Shown: piece after piece, positions 25,826 through 32,000 of the stretch
How positions within the stretch are numbered: the first letter of the stretch is position 1
Layout of the letters: each line of letters opens with the position of its first letter
Assembly: GCF_003231495.1 (NCBI RefSeq)
Contig: NZ_PQWO01000004.1
Coordinates: forward strand, 30,001 to 62,000
Origin: Acaryochloris thomasi RCC1774
Lineage (GTDB): Bacteria > Cyanobacteriota > Cyanobacteriia > Thermosynechococcales > Thermosynechococcaceae
Reading direction: 5' to 3'
Length of the DNA stretch: 32,000 nucleotides
Notes under the pieces: generated by a model
What the model saw: the letters and a program-made list of their open reading frames with translations, nothing else
Databases searched by the model: none
What the model was told of the DNA's origin: nothing
Position numbers and translations under genes: made by a program

Positions 25826-27067
25826 TCAACCTTCTTTAGTTAAGGCATAAAGCATTTTCTTCAACTGTTTAATTGCAGGCGTCACGATCGCAACAAAGTA
25901 AGCTTCTCGCAACCGACGCTCTTCAGGACTGCCATGTACATAGGCTCGCGCACCCGCATGGAGCATTGCTGCATTGGCTGCCTTCACCGACATCTCACCC
26001 GCCGTCAGTCTGGCTTGCACTACGTCCCGCATTAATGATTTTGAGATTGGACCATCTAGCTGATCTAGCTCTTCGCCTAACCCATAGGCGTGCTGCCGCG
26101 CTGCCGTTAATTCCGCCTCTAGATCGCTGGGCTGATCATCTAGAAAGCAGTTGACATGACCTAGCCGCCGTTGATATCGCTGCATGAGCTGGATGCAGCC
26201 CGCTACTAGGCCCAGGCCCATCCCTACCTGAGTCAAAATAAAGCCTGGACGGATCTGCTCAATGTAATTTTCGCAAGGGTCTGCTAACAGATAGTTTTCA
26301 GGCACAAAGGCATCACGAAAGACGCAGGCAAACGTTCCTGTCCCTTCCAAGGCGATGAACTGCCCACATCTCCGCAGCGAAACGCCTTCCATCTCATCGG
26401 AGACAATTGCCATTAGAGAACTGTCATCCGTGGCGTGTTGAGCGACGACTCCGAAATAATGCCCTGGCCCTAAATTAGAGACCCAGGGAAGCTGGCCGTT
26501 GAGGATGTATCCGCCCTCGACTTTGGTTGCCTTGATCGCGATCTTTTCGATGCCCGCGAAAAACTTCATTGGATTGGAGAGGCCCGTCCCAGATAGAACT
26601 TCGCCGCTGGCGACCTTGGGCAGTAGCTCTGCTTTTAGGGCTTGGTTGTGCGTGTTTTGCAGGTACCAAGTGCAGGCGACCTGACACCAAGCGATGAATC
26701 CTGTAGATAGGCAAGCCTTTGAGACTTCTTCAATAGATTGAATTGCACCCTTGAGGCTAATGCCTTCGCCACCGAATTCAGGTGCAACCGCTTGTTGAAA
26801 AGCACCAGAAGCACCGAGCTTATGCATAATCTGGTCGGGATATTCGCCCTCTAGGTCAATAGCCTGGACCTTTGGGTTTAGGTCACGCTCTACTACGCTT
26901 TGGATAGTTGCGATGGTCTCCGACCGGCCTGCCTCCGAAAGAGGAGCTTCGCTAACGGCCATTGCATCTACTGGCGCTAAGAGATCTGCGGGATATGTAG
27001 AAGTGCTAGACTCAACCGGCTTGGAATCCACCGATGAGTCAGGATTAACAGCGATATCTTGCAGCAC
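25826..27067 (-). CDS. Acyl-CoA dehydrogenase-fold flavoprotein
   Basis: 413-aa ORF with the ACAD-like N-terminal helical, middle beta and C-terminal helical layout (for example GLSNPMKFFAG and ...HAGARAYVHGSPEERRLREAYFVAIVTPAIKQL). The start is ambiguous: GTG at 27067 or ATG at 26962. The N-terminal ~35 aa are low complexity. Confidence 0.75.
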   Translation of the reverse strand: MLQDIAVNPDSSVDSKPVESSTSTYPADLLAPVDAMAVSEAPLSEAGRSETIATIQSVVERDLNPKVQAIDLEGEYPDQIMHKLGASGAFQQAVAPEFGGEGISLKGAIQSIEEVSKACLSTGFIAWCQVACTWYLQNTHNQALKAELLPKVASGEVLSGTGLSNPMKFFAGIEKIAIKATKVEGGYILNGQLPWVSNLGPGHYFGVVAQHATDDSSLMAIVSDEMEGVSLRRCGQFIALEGTGTFACVFRDAFVPENYLLADPCENYIEQIRPGFILTQVGMGLGLVAGCIQLMQRYQRRLGHVNCFLDDQPSDLEAELTAARQHAYGLGEELDQLDGPISKSLMRDVVQARLTAGEMSVKAANAAMLHAGARAYVHGSPEERRLREAYFVAIVTPAIKQLKKMLYALTKEG

Positions 27068-27240
27068 CAGAGCACTCCTGTCTTAAACAAACAATCAATG
27101 ACAATCAAAGTTGAAGCAATAACCCCAGCGGGACATATTCAAAGATCAGAGAGGAAGCTGAGGACTTAGATTCTCCCTTTCTCAAGGAAAACTTTATTCT
27201 CGTTTCCCCACTGATCAAGAGGAGCTAGGAAGATCTCTGT

Positions 27241-27762
27241 TTAGGCCATAGCAACAGAGATGGGCATCGGGCGGCTCAGCGTATTAGACACTGGAGACCA
27301 TTCGTTCGCATGCTGAACTAGCGCATCTAATTCTTCGCGGCTAGCGTCGCCATCGATATCTACTTTGACTTCCACTGAACTGAAGCCAACCTGGGGTTTT
27401 TCTAATTCTCCCGTACCCCAAGTGCTGCTGATGTTGATTTTGCCGACCAACTCGACTTCCAGCTTTGTGAGCGAAATTCCTTTGGCGGCGGCGTTGGCTT
27501 GAATACCGACGACAAGACAGGAGCCAAACGCGCCTAAAACAATTTCAGAAGGGTTGTGGGCAGTGTTGTCACCCAGCAATCCGGGGGGTTCGTCAATCAC
27601 AAACGGTTCGAGGTCTCGGGCATGGTTGAGGCTGCGCATCTTGCGATCGCAAACCGTCCTCACCGTCAGCGTCTTCTGCTCCTCTAGGTCCTCGCTATTC
27701 TTGGCAATCAGATTATCTAAATCTTGTTTATCAATCGATGCAATGGCCGTGGCTTCAGACAT
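27241..27762 (-). CDS. OsmC/Ohr-family protein
   Basis: 173-aa ORF. HNPSEIVLGAFGSCLVVGIQANAAAKGISL matches the OsmC-family core (NP.E.L.A...C). It lies downstream of and on the same strand as the TetR gene. Confidence 0.8.
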   Translation of the reverse strand: MSEATAIASIDKQDLDNLIAKNSEDLEEQKTLTVRTVCDRKMRSLNHARDLEPFVIDEPPGLLGDNTAHNPSEIVLGAFGSCLVVGIQANAAAKGISLTKLEVELVGKINISSTWGTGELEKPQVGFSSVEVKVDIDGDASREELDALVQHANEWSPVSNTLSRPMPISVAMA

Positions 27763-27774
27763 GAGTCATATCAA

Positions 27775-27792
27775 ATAGAACACTCATTCTAT
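27775..27792. promoter_or_regulatory. Palindromic candidate TetR operator ATAGAA-CACTCA-TTCTAT between tetR and osmC
   Basis: The 6-bp arms are perfect. The site lies 13-30 nt upstream of the osmC ATG (27762) in the 74-nt tetR-osmC spacer. A near-identical site lies at 17704-17721. The outermost base pair differs, but both arms change together, so the palindrome is kept. Confidence 0.55.
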
Positions 27793-27836
27793 TTGAACAC
27801 AATAGCAACCTGGTGTAGGTATAAACCGGTACAAAG

Positions 27837-28427
27837 TCAGTTATAGAGCGCCTGCTTCAACAGTTGCCGAACGCCAGCGAAGTTACGGTGAATGCGGTCT
27901 GCATCTTGATGGAGTCGTCCCATTAACATTGCACCTTCTGTGGCAGAGAGGATTTGTTCGGCTAGATGTTGAGGGTTTATATCAAGCTGTAGCTGATCTT
28001 GAGCCTGGGTGAGCGCTTGGGCGATCGTCTGTTCCCACTGCTCAAAAATTCGGGTCAGATGCTCTCGGAAAGCGGGATCTTGCTCTACAAGATCTACGAC
28101 TAAGTTCCCGAGTAGGCATCCGCCGCAGTTGGGCTGCTGGATTTGCTTCATTTCCAGCCGATGGAGCATGTCTAATAATTGCTCGATGGGGTTTGGAGAA
28201 CTTGCTAAGGCAGGCTCTAAAACTTCAGATGAGAGCAGTTCCCATTCAAAATCAATCAGCGCATGGCCGAGATGATTCTTAGACCGAAAGTAGTTGTAAA
28301 AGCTGCCTGCTGAAGCTCCACTCACTTCGAATAGTTCGCTTAAGCTTGTTGCCACCAATCCCTGACGGTGAACGGTACTAATGACAGATTGAAGGATGTC
28401 TTCGCGGGTCCGCTTGAGATGTGCCAT
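27837..28427 (-). CDS. TetR/AcrR-family transcriptional regulator
   Basis: 196-aa ORF. An N-terminal HTH (TREDILQSVISTVHRQGLVATSLSELFEVSGASAGSFYNYFRSKNHL) is typical of TetR_N. Confidence 0.85.
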   Translation of the reverse strand: MAHLKRTREDILQSVISTVHRQGLVATSLSELFEVSGASAGSFYNYFRSKNHLGHALIDFEWELLSSEVLEPALASSPNPIEQLLDMLHRLEMKQIQQPNCGGCLLGNLVVDLVEQDPAFREHLTRIFEQWEQTIAQALTQAQDQLQLDINPQHLAEQILSATEGAMLMGRLHQDADRIHRNFAGVRQLLKQALYN

Positions 28428-28537
28428 TGCTTTACCAGCATGAAAGCTCAGTATCTATGCTCCATCCTACTCGCTGTCCAACTTTCCACACCCTACATTG
28501 GGGATAAAAGCATCCTGTTGATCTGAGCTAGAATAGT

Positions 28538-28553
28538 GTACGAAATTCCGTAC
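28538..28553. promoter_or_regulatory. Palindrome GTACG-AAATTC-CGTAC upstream of yefM; candidate autoregulatory operator
   Basis: Read directly from the sequence. It lies 28-43 nt upstream of ATG 28581, and a TAGAAT -10-like hexamer sits at 28529-28534. Confidence 0.4.
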
Positions 28554-28580
28554 GCATTCAAGGTGCTGAAGAAAGCCAGT

Positions 28581-28832
28581 ATGTCAGACTCTCCGATTGT
28601 ATCGATTACGGAAGCTCGCCAAACCCTTTTTGGCTTGGTGGATCAAGTGAATGAATCCCATGAACCCATTACGATTACTGGTAAGCGAGGGAATGCCATT
28701 TTGGTCAGTGAAGAAGATTGGAGAGCCTTGCAAGAAACCCTCTACCTAAAGTCAATCCCAGGCGTTTGGGATTCTATTGAAGCGGGACTGCAGGAACCCG
28801 TTGAAGAATGTTCCGATGATTTGCCTTGGTAG
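28581..28832 (+). CDS. yefM: Phd/YefM-family type II antitoxin
   Basis: MSDSPIVSITEARQTLFGLVDQV...PITITGKRGNAILVSEEDWRALQETLYL matches the Phd/YefM pattern. ATG 28581 is preferred over the GTG at 28536. Confidence 0.85.
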   Translation: MSDSPIVSITEARQTLFGLVDQVNESHEPITITGKRGNAILVSEEDWRALQETLYLKSIPGVWDSIEAGLQEPVEECSDDLPW

Positions 28833-28838
28833 TACTTC

Positions 28839-29105
28839 ATGAGTTGGAAGCTTAAATATGCAAGGCAGGCCCAGAAGGACTCTTCAAAGCTTGCATCAGC
28901 GAACTTGAAAGGGAAAGCTGAAAAACTGCTCAACATTCTGACTGAGAATCCTTATCAATCTCCTCCTCCATTTGAAAAACTTAAGGGAACATCAGAGCCA
29001 GTCTATTCTCGACGGATTAATATTCAGCATCGACTGGTCTACCAAGTTTTAGAGAATGAGCAGGTCGTCAAAGTTTTACGGATGTGGACCCACTATGGCG
29101 AATAG
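28839..29105 (+). CDS. yoeB: Txe/YoeB-family (RelE superfamily) type II toxin
   Basis: 88-aa ORF starting 6 nt after the antitoxin gene. PPFEKLKG...YSRRINIQHRLVYQV...VKVLRMWTHY follows the YoeB pattern (PF...L.G...SRRI...HRLVY......HY). Confidence 0.8.
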   Translation: MSWKLKYARQAQKDSSKLASANLKGKAEKLLNILTENPYQSPPPFEKLKGTSEPVYSRRINIQHRLVYQVLENEQVVKVLRMWTHYGE

Positions 29106-29136
29106 TGTTGGCTTACTTACAACGCGACCTACTTGA

Positions 29137-29604
29137 CTATTCAGGAGAGTCAATTAGCCCTGGATGATCCTCTGGTCGTGGACCGAGCGGCCAGTGAAAC
29201 CGTCGCTCTTCTGTCTTAATGGGGCGGTCGTTAATACTCGCTTCCCGCCGCCGCATTAGACCGGCTTCATCAAACTCCCAGTTTTCGTTGCCGTAGGCGC
29301 GATACCACTGTCCCGCATCATCGTGCCATTCATACTGAAAACGCACCGCAATCCGGCTATCGCCAAAGGCCCATAGTTCCTTTACGAGGCGATAGTCTAA
29401 TTCCTTTTCCCACTTGCGCTGCAAGAAGGCCCGAATCGCCTCTCGTCCCTGGAAAATCTCGGCTCGATTGCGCCAGAAACTATCTTTGCTGTAAGCCATC
29501 GAGACTTTTTCAGGATCACGATTATTCCAGGCATTTTCGGCAGCGCGAACCTTCACTTTTGCCGTTTCTAGAGTGAAGGGTGGTAAAGGAGGCTTGGTTT
29601 CCAT
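29137..29604 (-). CDS. DUF1348-family (NTF2/SnoaL-like fold) protein
   Basis: [73 protein letters not shown]...[30 protein letters not shown] is a near-consensus DUF1348 sequence. ATG 29604 is preferred over the TTG at 29634. Confidence 0.8.
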   Translation of the reverse strand: METKPPLPPFTLETAKVKVRAAENAWNNRDPEKVSMAYSKDSFWRNRAEIFQGREAIRAFLQRKWEKELDYRLVKELWAFGDSRIAVRFQYEWHDDAGQWYRAYGNENWEFDEAGLMRRREASINDRPIKTEERRFHWPLGPRPEDHPGLIDSPE

Positions 29605-29654
29605 TTTTAAGCAATCAGGTACAACGTGGGTCAAGAGAAAAAAGGACTACTGCA

Positions 29655-30017
29655 TCATGGGGCTGGGGAGCTATCTTTGCAGTTCAAAAGCTGGGCCATC
29701 TGTGCTTCGAGTTCACCAGCTTCGAGCACGCCAGACTTGACGGCGACCTTTTCTAGGGCTGTGACCCAGCATTGATAGTAGTCCCATTCGGGGTCGTCGA
29801 GATCGTGGGTAGCTTCCCATTCGCCGATGGTTTCAATGAGGGTCTGGCGGAATTCTTCCCATTCGTAATGGCCTTGCTTAGACAGTGCGATCGCAACTCC
29901 AAACGCCATCTTCTCCCAATCGCGATCAAAATGTAGATGCCCGTCCTGTCTGGGTGGAGCCTCTTCGGGAGACCCCATCAAACTGGTGGCCGCAAAATGC
30001 TCAAACTTAGTAAACAT
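29655..30017 (-). CDS. Nitrile hydratase accessory (activator) protein of the small beta-homologue type
   Basis: 120-aa ORF. Its ATG lies 1 nt after the alpha-subunit stop (TAG-G-ATG). HFDRDWEKMAFGVAIALSKQGHYEWEEFRQTLIETI resembles the NHase accessory-protein family. Confidence 0.75.
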   Translation of the reverse strand: MFTKFEHFAATSLMGSPEEAPPRQDGHLHFDRDWEKMAFGVAIALSKQGHYEWEEFRQTLIETIGEWEATHDLDDPEWDYYQCWVTALEKVAVKSGVLEAGELEAQMAQLLNCKDSSPAP

Positions 30018-30018
30018 C

Positions 30019-30645
30019 CTAAGCCGCCTTCACTGTGGCAACACCCATCATCGCCTCTGGCGTTAGCAAGCCTGTCAACTGCTCTTCACTCATGCCTTCG
30101 GTCCCGGCTGGACGCATGGGGAGAACCCACCAACGAATCTGAGCGCTGCTGTCCCAGACCTTGACCTGAACTGAATCATCAAGCTGGACGCCAAATTCAG
30201 ATAAGACCACGCGGGGTTCTCGCACCACCCGCGCTCGAAACGTCGGATCTTTAAACCAGTAGGGCGGCAGTCCCAGCGTTGGCCAGGGATAGCAGGAGCA
30301 GAGGGTGCAGACAATCACGTTGTGGACTTCGGGGGTATTTTCGACAATCCGCATGTGTTCGCCTTCCGCACCTGACATCCCCTCGGGGAAGTCCATTCTT
30401 TCACAGGCGGCATTGCAGTCCTGGAGCAAGAGTTCTTTGAACTCTGGATCGACCCAGGCTTTAGCGACGATTTTGGCTCCGTTGAATGGTCCCATCTCGG
30501 TTTCAAAGTAGCCGAGAATATTATTGACGGTTTCGCCGGTAATGATGCCTTTTTCAATCAGCAGAGATTCGAGGGCTTTCACTTTGGCGGCGCTAACAGT
30601 TTCACGGTCAGCCCCATGCTTGAATTCTGGATAGTTGCTGGGCAT
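30019..30645 (-). CDS. nthA: Nitrile hydratase alpha subunit, cobalt type
   Basis: 208-aa ORF. The metal-binding claw VCTLCSCYPWP carries the Co-type signature CTLCSCY (Fe-type is CSLCSCT). AGGAGA lies 5 nt upstream of the ATG. Confidence 0.9.
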   Translation of the reverse strand: MPSNYPEFKHGADRETVSAAKVKALESLLIEKGIITGETVNNILGYFETEMGPFNGAKIVAKAWVDPEFKELLLQDCNAACERMDFPEGMSGAEGEHMRIVENTPEVHNVIVCTLCSCYPWPTLGLPPYWFKDPTFRARVVREPRVVLSEFGVQLDDSVQVKVWDSSAQIRWWVLPMRPAGTEGMSEEQLTGLLTPEAMMGVATVKAA

Positions 30646-30656
30646 GTGATTCTCCT

Positions 30657-31403
30657 TTAAGCGGCTTCGACGTAGGCTTCAAAGATGTCGTTGTAGTAAA
30701 CGACATTGGGTTCAGTCACGGACTCGTCCCACAAGTCTTCGGCATGGAAGACCAGACTATAGACCGGCATGGGAGTACCAATCCCGTCTGCGGTTGGGAA
30801 AAAGTAGGTAAAGGCACCTTCGTAAACTTTGACCACTTCGGCAGTGTGACCTTTGAGATTCCCTGGCAGGCGACTGTGTTCACCGGGAGCAACGTTTTTG
30901 ATCCGCACTTTGTCGCCGACGCTGAATTTTGGGGGAGCGGGTTGCGATCGCATCGGTGAATCGCCTTCGCGCAGGTACTTCTCAACTTGGGTATCAATCG
31001 CGGCATCGCCGCCGCTGGGTAAAGGGGCTTCTGCTTTAGCACTGTCTGCTAGAATTTCAGCCGTGCGGGCATCGAGTTCTTCTTGAGTGATGTAGCCCTC
31101 TTCCACAAAAAAGCCAGAAATGCCGCCCAGCCACTTTTCGTAGTAGCGCAGCCGAAAATATTCAAAGGGATGTATTCCCTCAGCTCCCATACGCAGATGG
31201 CCCCAGGTCCAAAAACTCTTGAACTGGGTCGGGACTTGATCAATTTTGTAGTCGGGGCGTGAGGAGTTTAGATGGTTACTGAGGGCCATCATGGCGGTGT
31301 GAATGCCAAAGATGCGCTTCTCCCAGGGTTCAACGAAGACCTCTAGTTCGGGGGTGATCGGGTCTAGCCCTTCTAGTCCGCCGAGATTGTGCTGTAGTTT
31401 CAT
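30657..31403 (-). CDS. nthB: Nitrile hydratase beta subunit
   Basis: 248-aa ORF immediately upstream of nthA. It has an N-terminal HNLGGLEGLDPI...EPWEKRIFG and a C-terminal SH3-like part (FSVGDKVRIKN...HSRLPGNLKGHTAEVVKV), as in NHase beta subunits. Confidence 0.85.
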   Translation of the reverse strand: MKLQHNLGGLEGLDPITPELEVFVEPWEKRIFGIHTAMMALSNHLNSSRPDYKIDQVPTQFKSFWTWGHLRMGAEGIHPFEYFRLRYYEKWLGGISGFFVEEGYITQEELDARTAEILADSAKAEAPLPSGGDAAIDTQVEKYLREGDSPMRSQPAPPKFSVGDKVRIKNVAPGEHSRLPGNLKGHTAEVVKVYEGAFTYFFPTADGIGTPMPVYSLVFHAEDLWDESVTEPNVVYYNDIFEAYVEAA

Positions 31404-31469
31404 GGTTCTGCCTTGTTCTCAGTCAAAGAGTGTATGGATTCATGTGGAAATGGCGAGATGTTTTGCACT

Positions 31470-31706
31470 GGCCCCCCTAGCCCCCCAACCCTGGGGGGAA
31501 TGAATATTGAATTTGGATCTGCGTTTTACAGGGCTAGCCTTTGTGGACTTCGGGGGTGTTTGTATCTGTCGTGATCTCTCAGCCTTCATTGCGTTTGAGG
31601 AGATGAAGTTTCTACTGATTGTGAGCAAAGAGCTTAGAGACAGGATTTTATGGATGACCCTAAACGTGCGCTGCTCTCCCCCCAGAATTGGGGGGCCGGG
31701 GGGGCC
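31470..31706. mobile_element. MITE-like element, or long inverted-repeat structure, in the cobW-like / nthB intergenic region
   Basis: GGCCCCCCTAGCCCCCCAACCCTGGGGGGAA (31470-31500) matches the reverse complement of 31676-31706 (GGCCCCCCCGGCCCCCCAATTCTGGGGGGAG) at 26 of 31 positions. Each arm contains its own CCCCCCA-N4-TGGGGGG hairpin. About 175 nt lie between the arms. Confidence 0.4.
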
Positions 31707-31785
31707 AATGCAGGGTTGCACAAATTCCATCAATAGCTGCATGTACACGGTAGGAAAAAGAATCAGTTGTGTGTCTCTTCAATGC

Positions 31786-32000
31786 TCAGACGTGGGCATA
31801 AGTCTGAGCAAAGCAGTCTTGAAAACTTGCCCGGAGTTCTGCTTCATCTAAATTCCTGCCAATAAAAACCAGCTCGTTTTTACGAGTTTCTCCCGATCTC
31901 CAGGGCTGACCGGGCCTGCCATCTAAGGTCATGTGGACGCCCTGAAAGACAAATCGCCGCTCGGCATTATCGATGTCGAGAATGCCTTTCATTCGGAAAA
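31786..32000 (-). CDS. C-terminal part of a COG0523 / CobW-family G3E GTPase (putative metallochaperone); the gene continues beyond the window edge
   Basis: KGILDIDNAERRFVFQGVHMTLDGRPGQPW......LVFIGRNLDEAELRASFQDC matches the CobW C-terminal domain. The reading frame stays open to position 32000. Confidence 0.7.
   Translation of the reverse strand, partial: FRMKGILDIDNAERRFVFQGVHMTLDGRPGQPWRSGETRKNELVFIGRNLDEAELRASFQDCFAQTYAHV

Noticed and set aside
31440-31851. ORFs of 102 aa (minus) and 114 aa (plus) in the cobW-like / nthB spacer
   Set aside because: They run through the G/C hairpin repeats (PPILGG / PPRIGGPGGP-type translations) that typically create false ORFs. They have no family resemblance and overlap each other on opposite strands.

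Overview
This looks like a cyanobacterial chromosomal segment. I located 22 copies of the HIP1 palindrome GCGATCGC by eye, and coding density is high on both strands. I saw no rRNA, tRNA or CRISPR array.

Gene content, left to right:
- 93-2306: an SLC12/CCC-type transporter.
- 2326-7239: two tandem paralogous ~700-aa single-pass membrane proteins. Each has doubled MshEN/T2SSE_N-like N-terminal motifs. They bracket a peptidoglycan glucosaminidase lipoprotein.
- 7569-8846: a flavin-dependent oxidoreductase.
- 9-12 kb: a HIP1-free stretch with a DUF1214-like protein and small secreted proteins.
- 11978-15251: an M48 metalloprotease and an RHH / coiled-coil / TM / SRPBCC protein.
- 15254-17662: an MBL hydrolase plus an orphan NrtA/CmpA-like binding-protein operon.
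- 17.7-21.8 kb: an AT-rich, HIP1-free accessory island. It holds a GIY-YIG endonuclease gene split by one in-frame TGA, a frameshifted Fic gene, a truncated antidote fragment and an intact MNT-HepT pair.
- 22003-24577: a BAHD-like acyltransferase divergent from a formamidase.
- 24756-25640: a protein with an unrecognised N-terminal domain fused to a SepF domain.
- 25826-28427: a tetR - osmC - ACAD-fold operon.
- 28581-29105: a YefM-YoeB pair.
- 29137-32000: a cobalt-type nitrile hydratase cluster (COG0523 GTPase, beta, alpha, accessory protein, DUF1348).

Best leads:
- the paralog pair plus glucosaminidase module;
- an 18-bp palindrome shared by the osmC and binding-protein promoters, which suggests one TetR regulon;
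- the SepF-domain fusion;
- the nonsense-interrupted GIY-YIG gene;
- the nitrile hydratase cluster, which carries two kinds of candidate metallochaperone.

All functional calls rest on motif recognition by eye. None were checked against databases.
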